Counted from the stretch's first letter, positions 1-17,719 are shown. The stretch is DNA of 64,000 nucleotides from Eledone cirrhosa (GCA_964016885.1 OZ024741.1:106888001-106952000), one strand, 5' to 3'. The notes: generated by a model from the letters alone, not told the origin. Translations and numbers: made by a program.

Positions 1-1500
<1,500 letters not shown>

Positions 1501-1607
1501 TACTTAGGCATATACATATAAATTTACGGACGGAGCCGTCACAAAGTTGAGCGTTTGAATGAAACATTTGAATTATTTGATTATGGTGAAGGTTAGGTCA
1601 ACTTCTT

Positions 1608-1703
1608 TTATAAAATGGAGCCTGTTTTGGCAAACAAAAGCATTAGAGTGGACATCGTTAACATATCTATTATTGTTGGTCCATTGTTAGCTATTGTAAC
1701 GAT
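1608..1703 (-). CDS. Candidate terminal coding exon of an unidentified host gene (IVTIANNGPTIIDMLTMSTLMLLFAKTGSIL*)
   Basis: Minus-strand acceptor ...gattatatag at 1704; phase-0 frame open for 31 codons to TAA; phase-compatible with the candidate exon at 10262-10334. No homology recognised. Confidence 0.2.
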   Translation of the reverse strand: MVTIANNGPTIIDMLTMSTLMLLFAKTGSIL

Positions 1704-2127
1704 CTATATAATCAGTCGGAGAATGAAAACATTTGTAACAGTCATATTCTTATATTGCAGATATGGTCTCACCTTTAGTTTGTCTCTATCTCACTTTCGT
1801 TTCCTCTTATTCTTTTCATTTTTTATTTCTGTCTTCCCTTTTTCCTTTACTCCCCTTTCCCTGCAATTTCACCCCCCCCCCCTCTCTCTCTCTCACTTCC
1901 TCCCTCTCTCACCCCCTCTCTCTCTTTCTTTCTTTCTAACCCATCTCTTTCCTTTTCTCTCTTTCAAACTCTCTCCCAGTGTAGTCACTAATGAAGTAAC
2001 TTCCGGTTGCTACTTTCGCTTTTTTCCCTTCTTTTATAAACACAATACACAAAATTGCCTATCTTAAGGAAATTAACCTCCTGAACCGTATAGCACTTTT
2101 GTTCGTTCCTCCACCTCCTCCTCCTCC

Positions 2128-2266
2128 TTCTTCTTCTTCTTCTTCTTCTTCTTCTTCTTCTTCTTCTTCTTCTTCTTCTTCTTCTTCTTCTTCTTCTTCT
2201 TCTTCTTCTTCTTCTTCTTCTTCTTCTTCTTCTTCTTCTTCTTCTTCTTCTTCTTCTTCTTCTTCT
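2128..2266. repeat. (TTC)n microsatellite
   Basis: Perfect trinucleotide run; another at 54871-55001. Confidence 0.97.
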
Positions 2267-2338
2267 AGTATATTGATTTATTTATTAAATATTTATTCAA
2301 TATATATATGTATATATATACACACATACACACACACA

Positions 2339-2391
<53 letters not shown>

Positions 2392-2443
2392 TATACCTGA
2401 ATGCACACACACACATATATAAATATATATGCGCGCACACATA

Positions 2444-2499
<56 letters not shown>

Positions 2500-2772
2500 T
2501 ATATATATATATATATATAGTGTATATACATATACATAATCTATATGTACATATATATCATATGTGAATACAACGCTAATACAGATATAGTCTCTGCTTG
2601 TGACGACCTCTGTCGCTTACATAGCGTGTGGTCACCTTAATTATATCTCAACTCATGCTTACACCAGGCACTCATACACAAACACACACCCATTCACGTA
2701 TATACATACATACACACACACATATATATTTTTATATATATATGTATATATGTAATATATAATATATATATG

Positions 2773-2803
<31 letters not shown>

Positions 2804-2881
2804 GTAATATATAATATATATATGTATGTATATATATATATATACACACACATACACACACACACACACACGCACACACAC

Positions 2882-2985
<104 letters not shown>

Positions 2986-2997
2986 GTATATACAATC

Positions 2998-3048
<51 letters not shown>

Positions 3049-3348
3049 TATATATATATACATATGTATGCACATATATACTAGCATGTATGTGTGTGAC
3101 GTCTATATAGTATAATGTATGGTCACCTTTTCAACATCTCAAAACACTTTCACGTGCGCAGATGTATATATGCATATAAATATAAACGAGATTTTGCGTA
3201 TAAGTGCATCTATATTTGCGTAATGTGTGTATGTTTGGGTGTATGCATGTATGTGTGCGTGTGTGTGTAACCATTTCAGGATTTTTTTGTCAATTGGTGA
3301 CAGCATGTGAACTGTAAAACATTTATTTTGTTTCTTGAAATGATTCCC

Positions 3349-3619
3349 TTCTTCTTCTTCTTCTTCTTCTTCTTCTTCTTCTTCTTCTTCTTCTTCTTCT
3401 TCTTCTTCTTCTTCTTCTTCTTCTTCTTCTTCTTCTTCTTCTTCTTCTTCTTCTTCTCATCATCATTGCTATCATCACCACCACCACCACCACCATCATC
3501 ACCAGGATTATCACCGTCATCAACATCATCATCATCATCATTATCATCATCGTGTGGTTTACGCTATCATCGGTATCCTCCTCCTCCCCCCTCTACAACA
3601 TCATAACCATCATCATCCC

Positions 3620-3668
<49 letters not shown>

Positions 3669-3695
3669 GTCATCGTCATCATCATCAGCAGCAGC
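3349..3695. repeat. (TTC)n followed by degenerate (CAT)n
   Basis: Seen directly. Confidence 0.95.
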
Positions 3696-5683
3696 GTTAA
3701 TGCCATCTTGTTACGATAGAATGACCAAAGATAACATTTTATAAAAATAGTGAATGTCTAAAGAATGGAATGAATACAAACATACACACACACCCTAGAC
3801 ACTCACATACAGACATCCACATGCACATACACATACACATATACACTTTCATAAGCATACATAAATCTCAGGTTTAAACTGCTGATGTTTGAACAAGAGG
3901 TTAAATATCAACAACAAAAACAACAACAACTACTACTGCTACAACAATAATAACAACCATAACAACAACAGTTATTAAAAAAACCCAAAGACACTCACAA
4001 TTAAAATGTAAATAGCATCGGAAGTAGAACAAGAGCAACTAAACTAAGCAAACAGGAACACCATTAATACAGATGTTTATATATTTCATTTTGATATATC
4101 GTAACAACCACCATATTATTCATGTTTTAAAAAATCTTTTCCAATGGCGGCCTTTTTCAAATTTCCGATTATGGTTTTTTTAATCAACTTCTGTCATCTT
4201 TTTCATTAATACATTTTTCTTTCATCATTTCTTTATTGTTTCTTGATCTTTTTAACATTATTTAAAAAAAATATTTTTATTATATATATTTATCAGTTAT
4301 TCCTCTAGTTTTTTTTGTTCCTTATACTGACCTTTTGGTCAGAATCATAAACATCCGGGTTTGATCCCATTGTGTCACACTTTGGATAAATTGTACCTAA
4401 AGGCCCAACCTTATCACTTTAACAAGCTGATTTAGCTTGGAAATTACGTTAAGTGTACTCGTATGTGTGGAATACTCGACACATTACACGATACTGCATG
4501 AGGTGGGTGTTTAGTTAATCGAACAGCTAAATGTTCATCGTCGATACCGATGGAAGATGCATCATTATTATTTACCTCTATAATTATTACTCGTAGAAAT
4601 GGTAGATTGTCGGTTAAATGATCCCCGCAGGAGATAATTGATTTTATCGATCGCAGAACTTAACTGGTACTTTATTTGATCAAACCCGGAGGTGAAAGAC
4701 AAAGTTGAACACAGTGGAATTTGAACCCACATGCAGTAGACAATTAAGTACTTTTACGTTTGAGTTCAAATCTCGCTGATTTTATTTTATTGTGTCGATA
4801 AAACAAATACCAGTGAAATATCAGGGTTGATCTAATGGATTATTTCCTTCCTTATAAAGATATCTTTCGATATTTACTTTTCATTTTCGTTTCATTCTCC
4901 CCGTCCTTGTTTCTCTCTCTTCTTCGTTCATTCTTTATGTCTCATTTTCTTGACAACTTTCGTTATTTCTTTCGCTCTGCATTCGTTCTTTCCTTTCCTT
5001 GCTTTCATTTTCTTTTCTTTTTGCTATATTTCTTTCGTTCTTTTATACATTCTTTTGTCAATTTTGTTTTCAATAACGACATACTCTCCCATATCTCCTT
5101 TCTTTAAATTAATCACACATTATCACATTTTCTTTTACATTCTTCATTCTTCATATTTTGTTTCATTTCCCCCTTTTTCATCCGCCATTCAACAGCCATT
5201 TTCTTCCCCTTTAGTCGGTTACCGTCCAACATGGAGCTGACATCACTAGCAAGATAAATAGCTTATGATTTACCAAAATCTCCTTCAGCAAGATATTTCA
5301 TTATGCCTGTCGTCACTTTCAAAAGAATGGCGGCCATTTATAAAAAGAAACGACAGACCGGATATTGTTCTTCCGACTAATTTCTCTGACCCATTGCGCA
5401 GGCGTGTCGTTAATTCTCTGAAGTTGTCACATGTCTCGGATCACGTGGTTTCATAAACAAACACTGACAACTCAACTTCACCTATTTTTATGAAACAGGA
5501 AACTTTTGAAAAGTAAACAAAAAAGTGTAGTTATTGCCAATATAACCATCGGTACACACTAACACCACACATGCATATCGAGTGTGGGTATGTGGATTTA
5601 TACACATTTAGATATACATATACATATATATACATAGTCACATACATAGATACACACATACATACATACATACTTACACGCAC

Positions 5684-5792
<109 letters not shown>

Positions 5793-5821
5793 CATATATA
5801 CTTATATATTTGTTTGTATAA

Positions 5822-5897
<76 letters not shown>

Positions 5898-5946
5898 TTA
5901 AGCCTGACGATCAAACTTAAACTGTTTTTATGAGGTAGGTAGTGTG

Positions 5947-5990
<44 letters not shown>

Positions 5991-6487
5991 AGAAAGAGAG
6001 AGAGAGAGAGAGGGAGAGGCTGAGAGGGAGAGAGAGGGGTGATGAGGGAAGAGAAGCTAGTCATAGAAGAAACGATGGGGTTTAAAACATAAACAACAAA
6101 ATTCATTGATTTTGGGGATTGGAAGATGGTTATAAGTGGTGATTTAGTTGTCATAATCGATTAAATTGATTACGTAGTGGTGATACGATCTTTGAATATA
6201 TGGTGATCATGAATAAGGTTTAGTTTGTGCAGAGCTCTGCCCCTTTTATAAGCTACCGTCCTAAAAAAGCATGTGTTTTTATTAACTGACTTTAATTACA
6301 GTTGAGTGATGACCACACAAGTCTGTCAGTGGCGTGTATTTGATTTTGGCACGTGTTGGCAAGTGTTATTACGTGTTATCACGTGTGATTACGCCTTGTC
6401 ACGTGTTCACATAAAGTATTTACGTCCATCAAGTAAACCATTAACAAGCAGCATTGTTTCCGTCATTTTCCTTCATAATAATGGTTT

Positions 6488-6760
6488 CTGATTTAAGCAC
6501 AAGGCCAGCAATTTTGCGGGAGGGAAGAGTCGATTAATCGACCCCATTACGTTACCGGTACTTTATTTTTTCTTCATAATAATTGTATCTACTTTTGGCA
6601 CTAGGCCAGCAATTACCCCCACTGCATTACTGGTGCTTTATTTTATCGACCTCGTAAGAATGAAAGTTAACCTCGTCGGGATTTGAACTCTGACCGTAAA
6701 GGGGCGTAACTCTATGCTGCAAAGCATGGCATCCGATCCCCCTCCTATACTGCCATATCT
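6488..6760 (-). mobile_element. Two adjacent copies/fragments of tRNA-derived SINE family 1
   Basis: Reverse complement of the SINE 1 body (caaggccagcaat...ggtactttattttatcgac...gggatttgaactc). Confidence 0.75.
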
Positions 6761-7714
6761 CTGTTAAATTGGCACGGTCGTTAGAGTCGCCAAATTAAAT
6801 GCTACGGTGAATATTCTGTCTCTCTGAGTTCTGAGGTCAATCCCTTCAAGGTGATCTTTTTGGGGTCGATAAATATATTATGAATCCAATTGCAGTGGAT
6901 TGGTGGAATTTTTAAAGAATAGAATAGGATGCTTTACAGTATTTTTTTTTTCTCTGTGTTCTGAGTTCAAATTCCACCTCTTTCTGTTAGGTGATGCGAC
7001 TAAGAGTTACTATCAGCAATGGAAAGTCCAAATAGAAACAATGTTTCCTTGCTCCGATCTGTCAATTGGCTCCTTTATCTCTGAATGGAGATTGACTATC
7101 GAGACAGCGAAGGTATTAGGCAGAAAAGATCTCATAAACACATGCAGTAAATGGGCAGTCCGACCGGAGACTTCTGTTCCATAAGATGACAGATACGTGG
7201 AGCCTTAGGGATGCGAAACTTAGAAATGTATGTTACATAGATAGTTAAAGGTTTTACAGATTTCAAGGGCAAAAACAATACTTTCTTCTGGGTTCTCCAG
7301 AGGTACAGACCAATAGTGGAGGTGTTGGAAGAGGGTTTTAGACTAAAGTGGATTAAAAGAAATCTTTATTTTGTTTTAGTTTCGAACATATTTGAGACGC
7401 TGTAAGTGGGTCTGATAGGTTAATAATGTACAGCGTCAGTGATATTGCAAATATATGGAGCCACATAAATAATATATTTACAACGAAACCTGTCGGTTTG
7501 ATGTTCAAACTAAGGTATCGAAAAAGCTTTTGTGGTATTAATTTCATATTGAGTCCAAATACTTGTTATATAATTGCTCTGCTATTAATAATCGCATGTA
7601 TAGGAAAGAGTGATAGGGGGAATGCCGAAAGAATGAAGAGAAAAAGAAAAAGGAAGAAAATATGATAATAAGTGTTATGGTGAAGTCAGCTTGGAATAGG
7701 TGAGGAAACACGAA

Positions 7715-8180
7715 AAAGAACAACCACACCAATGTCCATAACAACAATAACCACAAATGTGTCCATAACTGTAACAACTACAACAACAGCTATAAAACAA
7801 CAACGATGTCGATAAAAACAAGGACAACAACTATCACAACGTTGTCTATAATAGTAACAACAACAACAACCACGACGATAGCCATAGCAACAATTACAAT
7901 AACAACTACCGCATCGTTGACAATAACAATTATAATAAGAACGACAAAAATAACGGTGACAATAACAACAACAATAATGACCCTAACAACGACAATAGCA
8001 ACATCTACAACAACAACCACCATTACGACAAAAGTAAGAACAACAACAAAAATGACGACGATAACTATAACAACAATAATAACAACCACAATAAAAACAA
8101 CAACTACTACAACGATAACAATAACTAGAACAATTACTGCAATCATTACGGACATCATAAACAACAACAACAATAGCAGC
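7715..8180. repeat. Degenerate (ACA)n low-complexity tract
   Basis: Seen directly; explains the Thr/Val-rich ORFs. Confidence 0.9.
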
Positions 8181-8776
8181 AAAAAAAGAAAGACGAAAGA
8201 AGTAAAAAAAAGGCTCTCACATCCCTTGCTCAAAACAAACATCATTGTTGATTAATACAATTTTAATCACACAACCCCTCACCCCACAAAAAAAGAAAGG
8301 GTGAAGCATGTTCTATGTTACCACGCACCAATACCATACCCACTTCAATATGGCCGCACACAAACGAGAAGAAAAAAATCCCCTAACAAAACGATTCCTT
8401 AATCTCACTGTGTATGCAAATGTGTGTGTATGTGTGTGTGTGTGTGTGTGTGCAAGTGTATGTGCGTACACGCGGGTGCTTGTATGTGTTCTGTTCTCCA
8501 CTTTGTTTCAATAAAAACCACAGAAATAGAAATAGAAATAATAACAATGTTTTGTTTATTCGTGAAAAAGGTGAGACAGAAGAAAGAGCCACTGTCACAC
8601 TGTCTCACAGGGCCATATTATATATTTATATATCATATGTATATATCTTCCTCTACTTGAGTCATTGGGGCGCCTCAAGGACATGCAGCCTTACTTGGCC
8701 ATCTCCTCGCCAGGTCTGAACACAATCGAATTCTTCAAGAGAAGGCGAGGGAGTTATATATATATTTATACTAATA

Positions 8777-9014
8777 ATAAGTTTGAAGAACAGTCAGATA
8801 AAATATATCCAATTTTTGTCCTCCTTAGTCCGTAGAAATTAGATAGATAAATAATCATTTAAACGGAGCTAAGTTTAAAATGTAACTTTGAAGAAATAGC
8901 ACATAAATGTCACAGACTTTCCTTTGTGAGGAACAGTCAGATAAAATTTACCTAGTCTTTCTTCTTAGTCCGTAGAAATTGGATATATTTAGTCTGACTG
9001 TTCTTCAAACTTAT
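8777..9014. mobile_element. MITE-like element with about 39-bp imperfect terminal inverted repeats
   Basis: ataagtttgaagaacagtcagataaaatatatccaattt at the left versus aaattggatatatttagtctgactgttcttcaaacttat at the right; internal direct copy of gaacagtcagataaaat. Confidence 0.6.
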
Positions 9015-9139
9015 AATTTTATATAGCTCTGATTAATAATTATTTGGTTTAAGTAAGGTACTCAATACAAAGCATAGTATAAATATTTAATATAGAAAGG
9101 CTTCTGCAGGACTAAACTGATTCATTCGGGAGAAATCAT

Positions 9140-9261
<122 letters not shown>

Positions 9262-10261
9262 TATATATATATATGTATGTGTATATATATATATATGTGT
9301 GTGTATGAGTGTGTGTATGTTTGTATGTATATATTTTAATCCCAGAATTTAGTAGACCAACCATAGATTAGATAACTCGTAATATTTTTATCGTTGTCGA
9401 AAAGAAGAAAAACATAGTTCTATTGGAAGGGATTTGAACGAATGAGCCTTTGAGCTTGAGACAGATTTTAGACTTTAGACACTGATACATCGGCATCAGA
9501 AATCCTATCAGCGCATAGAAATCACCGACATAGGATATTCGCCAGTAACTCTCGTAAAGTTAGGTTCACAATATTAAGTCATATAGCAGATATATGTGTG
9601 TCAGTCTGCACGCAAGGTTATCGTATGAGCATACGTGTATGAGTGGACGTGTGGATACGCACGTGCCTGAGATATGTATTCGCGTGTGAGTACGCATGCG
9701 CTGGGAATAGGTCACGTGTCATTATTTTCATAAAAAATGTGATTTCATACATAAATAGTCAAAACAATAATACCGTAGGCTCAATAATATTGTCACTGTA
9801 TATATGTATGTGATACATCAAGATGTGTTTGTGCCCCTGTGTAGGTACACACACAGACACACACATGTATATGGGTGTGTGATGCTTTGTGTGTGTGAGT
9901 TTCTGCATGTGTTAAGATACACATAACAACTAACATTGACAGTAAATTTGATTATAAGATTTCGCGTATCATCAATCAAATGTGTATGTAAGTGTGCACG
10001 TGTTTGCGTATTTAAGTATGCATGTTGTGTGTGTGTTTGTTGTTTATGTGTGTCTGTGTGATGTACAATGTGTGCGTGTGCTTTGTGTATGTGTGTATAG
10101 GTGTGTGTGTTCGTGTGGTGTGTGCGTTTTGCGTATGGTGTGTAGGTGTAATATGTGAGTGTTATATGTGTGTGCGTGTGAGCATTTGTGTGTGTATGTG
10201 TATGTGCTGATGCAGACAGTAAGGTACATATATATATATATATATATATATACACACGCAC

Positions 10262-10334
10262 ATCTATATGCCATGTCGAGGTTGTGTATTTAAGTAAACT
10301 CGAAGTATCTCCAGCATCGCACCAAGTCTTGCTT
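10262..10334 (-). CDS. Candidate 73-nt host exon (phase 2 to 0; SKTWCDAGDTSSLLKYTTSTWHID)
   Basis: Acceptor ttgtttacag, donor gtgcgt; only the phase-2 frame is open; unique sequence amid repeats. Confidence 0.35.
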
Positions 10335-11576
10335 CTGTAAACAAGCACACGTGATCATATGTCAAATATGGCGACTTTGGGGTTTTATCACCGTGAAACC
10401 TGATAACTGGAGCGTGGGTATTTCATCACTTAATTGACAAGTTAACCTTCACCAGAGAATGTTTAAATAACTATATGCCACATGATGGACGGTGAAGGGT
10501 GACCGCCATATCTAGATTGCACTTGTCGTCAGGAGGTGTGCTTCATGACCTACTAGGTAACAGAATTGGAACGCAGCATGCCCAAAGTTCGCGTAGCAAT
10601 CTTCTAGTCCCAGGATCGATCTTTCAGCGTGAAATCTTGGGTACCATTTTCCATAGCCTTCGGATCGTCCCAAGCCTTATGATTGAAATTACATAGAAAG
10701 AAACTGTTTGGAAGCCCGTTTTTTTAACTGTATCTGTAACTTGTCATACAATATGTCACACCGAATCTCCCTATGAATTAGTTAAGGTTGCATGTATCTG
10801 TGAAATGATCAGCTAGCTACCTACACTATATTTAAAAAGATGGACTGTACCTGTAATTTGAGGGGTCAGTTTTGCCACATTGTGTCACAGTAAAATTCCA
10901 TGTGAATTACATTAAAGTTATACGTGTCTGTGCACATTGATTTCACGACTAGTCAGTTCCATAGATTGAGCAACTGAAACAATCCTCGTCGAAATCGAGG
11001 GAGGTCCATGCATTTTTATATATCAAGTACTTGTCAAAGGTAAGAGATTGACAGATTTGTTGAAGCGTAGAACGAGAGACGAAGTGGCATTTGTTCTGGC
11101 CCTTTGTGTTCTGAATCAAAATCCCCTTATGATCCACCCTTGGTATAGACATAAACAATATCCTGGTTTAGCAAATGGAAATGGCCCAACGCCACCCAAA
11201 TGAGCGGAGTCCATTTTCTTGGGAACATTTGGACAAGATTTCTGGCTTAAGGTGACGATTCTCCTACATGTCTCTGAATCAGTGAAAAGAGTCAAAGGCA
11301 CTAAGTAAACTGAAAAAAAAAGACATTTTTAGATTACATTTATTGATCTCAGTCTGTCTTAAGCCAGAAGGCTCGTTAAGGCGGTGCTTATCCCGGTTTC
11401 ATGGCGTGAAGCGACTGAGAGTACAAGACTCCTCCCTGGACAGGACGCCAGTCGATCACAAGGTCAAATCCCCACCTATTGAAATGACGCACTTCACATT
11501 GCTCCAGTTATTGAGTGTTATATATTTAACTATAGTGTAACAGTGTCAATAACCACGGTGATAGCGTTTACTATAT

Positions 11577-11768
11577 TTTATTGTTTCTAATTTGGGAACA
11601 AGGCCAGCAATCAACCAGTGCATTACTGCTACTTTATTTTATCGACCCCGAAAGGATGAAAGGCAAAGTTAACCTCGGCTGGATTTGAACTCAGAATAGC
11701 AAGGACCGTAACTCTATGCGTCAAAGCATGGCGTCCGACCCTCTACCGATACTGCCAATCCACCACCA
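11577..11768 (-). mobile_element. tRNA-derived SINE family 1 (Meta/MESC-like core, tentative)
   Basis: A-box tggcagtatcgg and B-box gagttcaaatcc on the minus strand; core gcctttcatcctttcggggtcgataaaataaagt. Confidence 0.85.
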
Positions 11769-12406
11769 TTTTACCAGTTTACTATATTTAATGGTTGGAT
11801 TAATATGACATATATACAAGGATTACTGGATATATGAGCAATTGGGAAATTCGCATTCTGTTAAATTTATGATTACAGATCGATAAAAGAGGGCGCGGTG
11901 CGATCGATTAAAATCTTTTGATGTAACCCAAGCATAGCGGTAGTTCAATAACCGATAATAAATATAAAAATAAAAATACTAAAATATAATTACCTACTTT
12001 AAATAATTATATACACATATATTCATTACTAATTCTCTTGTATTATATAACTCAAAATATAACAAAAATTATATACTCAGGCACACAAATAATTACACAC
12101 GTATATACACAGTTATATGACGAGGTGAAACTCCTGTGTGCCTTAATGTCTCTGTATGGGTCTTTTTCTCCTATGTAGCCCTGTCATTTCATCCCTATCC
12201 CTTTTTTGTCTGGCTGTCTGGTTGTTTGTCCTCGCTTTCGCCATATCTGCATATTTCATACACTTCACATATATATATATATATTTATATATATAAGTAG
12301 AAGGCATATTTAATTTGTTAGAAATACAAAAAATATAAATGTTTATAACTGATTCAGAGCACTCGACAGATTTCTGATATTAAATATATATATATATATA
12401 TATACC

Positions 12407-12478
<72 letters not shown>

Positions 12479-12489
12479 CGGCGATGAAT

Positions 12490-12588
12490 TATTTAACTTT
12501 GCCTTTCATCCTTACGGGGTCGATAAAATAAAGTACCAGTAATGCACTGGGTAATTGCTGGCCTTGTGCCTAACGTAGAAATAATTAT
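12490..12588 (+). mobile_element. 5'-truncated SINE family 1
   Basis: ttaactttgcctttcatccttacggggtcgataaaataaagtaccagtaatgcactggg...gtagaaataatta. Confidence 0.8.
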
Positions 12589-12904
12589 TTTAAAATAAAT
12601 AAATAAACAGACTAAATAAAGATGGCGTAAGCATACAATGCAAGGGGAGGAAACATAATACCACCACTGACGATGGTGCAGATGTGCAACGAAAGAACTT
12701 TGATAGACTATATATATGTGTTTGCGTCTATATTGTATCTGTATTTTTGACCGTTGGTCAGTCAATGGCAGCATTGAGGACCGAATAAATTAAATTAACC
12801 GATATAAAAGACACAGAGGCGAAAACTAACCAAACAGTGAGTGTGTTCTGTTATTAATTCTGGCAATATTATTACACAAATATGACCCTTCCCAAGTATA
12901 ACAA

Positions 12905-14807
12905 TATATATAAATATAGACTTAGCGAGAATCGCATTTCGGCGGGTAGAAAAGGCGAAACGAAACGCAAAAATCAGAAATAATGCTGGCAAGCGCTCCA
13001 TAGATAAAAACCAGAGCTAAACAATATGTTAAAACGCCATACAAAACTGAAAAAGTGGCCAAGAAAGCATCAACCACCTAAGCCAAAAAGCAAATCAAGC
13101 TAAACAGGTCAAAACAAAATAAATGATAAAAAAACACAGACCTGGACCCATTGGAATTGATGTTAAAATCCTAATACAAGGTTTCTATGACACCTAAATC
13201 AAAATACTGTCTGCTTAAAATTATAAGCTTTAGGTATAATGATCGAACAGGGAATATCACGTTATCAACAGGTATTTTGCTCTGTACCAAATTTGTGAAT
13301 GACACAGAGCCGCGTAAAAGCACATGTGGAATTCACAATGGGAAAAACCCCAGATTTTGGCAAATGAATTCAGTATGTGTATACCATGCAAAAAATTGCA
13401 TAAATAGCACAAATCGAATAAGCTCTCAACCGGGTAGTTTTTAAAATAAGCTTATGCAATTAACCTGTCAATAAAATTATTAACAAGTTAATTGTAAGAC
13501 TCGGGAGATTAATACAAATATAGATTTAGCGAGAACTAGCATTAAAGCCCGGCGTTGCTCGGGGTCAGTAAGTTACCAAAGTTAGGTTGCACCACCCATT
13601 TTATGGCAGCACTTTTTTGTCTGCCAGGCACTGGGTGAATGAATTGCAGACCTGGACTGCCGAAGCAGGAGCTGCGCCAGCAGTGACAATTGTAGTTTCG
13701 CCTATGGATATTAGCTCTGTGCAAAGAAGTGTTGAAATTTATTGTTTCACAGTACTTGCGCAACACGCGCGTAGACGATGCCAGCCGAACAACAGAGCTG
13801 CGATGGAGTTGTTCTGCATGGTTGTCTAATGTGTGTTTTCTAAATTTAAGACAGTAGGGAGGGCTGTGGTATGGGGGAGAGTTAGCTGCTGTTTCTAACA
13901 GGTTTAGTGACCTCATAGAGGATATGTTTTCTAAATTTAAGACAGTAGGGAAGGGTGTGATATGGGGGAGAGTTAGCTGCTGTTTCTAGCAGGTTTAGTG
14001 ACCTCATAGAGTATATTATTGTGTATAGTAAATAAACTGATACTTCTTTCTTCCACGTTCGTTGAGAGGTTTTAAAAAGGATTTATCGCTATTTTTGTTG
14101 TTGTTGAATAAATTTATCTGTTGCTTTTGAATAATTGTGTTTCGTATGAAATGTAATAAGTTCTCTTTGTCATTGAAGTAAATAAATGTTTGACCGTTCC
14201 ACACACAAAAACAAACGTTCTCTCATCTCTCTCCCTCTCACTCTCTTCTCTCTCTCTTCGGCGTTCCTAAAGTAAGTTTGTAAGCATGCACGTAGTTTTA
14301 TCGAATTTTAAGGGGAGTAGAGAGAGGTATCTGATTGTATTAGAGGTCATGTATTTAGTTTTATCGATTATTTCCGTAATTGTGGGAGAGTTTGAATGAA
14401 ATAAATAGTCGTTGACCTAAGTTCGACCATTTACAACATTCTTACAGACGTTGAGTCGAATCGGTTTGAAATTGTGAAAATGTATAAACATGGAACATGC
14501 ACACACACAACAACAACAATCTGCCTTTTATTGATAATGATCGCATTTCGGCGGGTAGAAAAGGCGAAACGAAACGCAAAAATCAGAAATAATGCTAGCA
14601 AGCGCTCCATAGTTATAAAACCAGAGCTAAACAATATGTTAAAACGCCATACAAAACTGAAAAAGTGGCCAAGAAAGCATCAACAACCTAAGCCAAAAAG
14701 CAAATCAAGCTAAACAGGTCAAAACAAAATAGATGATAAACAAACACAGACCTGGACCCATTGGAATTGATGTTAAAATCCAAATGCAGGGTTTCTATGA
14801 CACCTAG
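12905..14807. repeat. Tandem of an approximately 605-bp unit (about 1.5 copies); second copy interrupted by a Helitron
   Basis: 12931-13195 is nearly identical to 14540-14807; the unit start aaatatagacttagcgaga recurs at about 13516. Confidence 0.8.
13536..14540 (-). mobile_element. Non-autonomous Helitron, 1005 bp, complete termini
   Basis: Minus strand begins 5'-TC (tcattatc) and ends CTAG-3' with a GC-rich hairpin (cccgagcaacgccggg) about 12 nt before the end; inserted between A and T with no TSD, shown by the empty paralogous site gagaa|tcgc near 12930. Confidence 0.85.
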
Positions 14808-14997
14808 ATATATATATGGGGGGGAGGGGGGTACATGCATATATATATGCATGTACCCCCCCCATATATATCTATATATACACATATATATATATATACA
14901 TGCAGATATATACATATACAAATATAAATACTATATAATTATACACACACACACACACATATATATATAAATACAAATATATATATATATATATTTT

Positions 14998-15039
<42 letters not shown>

Positions 15040-15446
15040 ATGCATACACACACACATTTATATATATATATATATGTATATAGAAAGATAGATAGACATA
15101 CATATATACGATTGAATATGTGTCACTCTCATCGCTCTCTCTTTCCCCCTCTTTCACAACCCCTCTGTCTCATAGACTATATAAACCTGTCTGTATCCCG
15201 AACAATGCAACGTTGACTGACAAGCTATTAATTAAAAAACCAACCTCCTCCAAGAGGATGTTCTTTCTCCGTACAAGAGCATACATGTATGTATGTATAT
15301 ACGTATGTATGTATGTATGTATGTATGTATGTATGTATGTATGTATGTATGTATGTATGTATGTATGTATGTATGTACGCATGCATGTATGTATGTATGT
15401 ATGTATGTATGTATGTATGTATGTACGCATGCATGTATGTATGTAT

Positions 15447-16332
<886 letters not shown>

Positions 16333-16668
16333 CGTGTGTGTATGTATGCATGTATGTATCTGTGTGTGTGTCTGAATGGTGAGGGGTTATAGCTGTGCGT
16401 GCATATTTTTATATGTATGAAGATGTGAAAATTTATGTGTATGTATATATGCATCAAAACCAATATATGTAGATGCATCTACATGTGAATATGTAAGCTT
16501 TGTCCGCTTCCCAGTTTAACATTACAGACGAATAATTAGCAGAATCCATTTCATTCTCTGAATAAACCATTAAAGTGATGTATATATGTATATAATAAGC
16601 CGTTACAGACAGGTATATATATGTCTCATTCTCAAACTCGTGCTCGTTGTTATTGAGGCAGTTTCTGG

Positions 16669-17161
<493 letters not shown>

Positions 17162-17171
17162 CTCTCTCTCT

Positions 17172-17202
<31 letters not shown>

Positions 17203-17244
17203 CCTCTTTCTATCCTTTTCTCTCTCTCTCACACACCATTAAAA

Positions 17245-17510
17245 GGCCCCTTTCGATCACGAGTGACAATAGCCTTTGCACCTAGTTATCCTCCAAGGCA
17301 CACGACCAGGCTAAGACCAGGAATCACCTATGCATACCAGTCACCCCTCTCCTATGTTGTACAAGTGAAAGGCAAAGATCGATACAACTTTGCATCAATG
17401 ACATGGCAACCCATTTCTACAGCTGAGTGGACTGTAGGAGACAATGCATCGCCCAGTCCGGGAATCGAATTCACAATCTCACGATTGTGAATTCGAATTT
17501 GAGACCAGGG
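17245..17510 (-). mobile_element. tRNA-derived SINE family 2 (degenerate)
   Basis: gcatcgcccagtccgggaatcgaattcacaatctcacgattgtga resembles the head of the copy at 29455-29668. Confidence 0.6.
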
Positions 17511-17719
17511 TCGCGACGGCTGAGCTCTTGCCGCTTCGATAGCAAATTCCGAACACTGGAATTTGCTGTTGAAACAGCAATAGCTCAGCACTATGTCATT
17601 AATTGATGACAATTCAATTTTGTATACTGACATAGGAGAAATATGAAATATGAAAAAACATTTAAACAACATTTCGAATATAAACTATCGGAGCGTTGAG
17701 TAGATTGACATTTTAAAAA

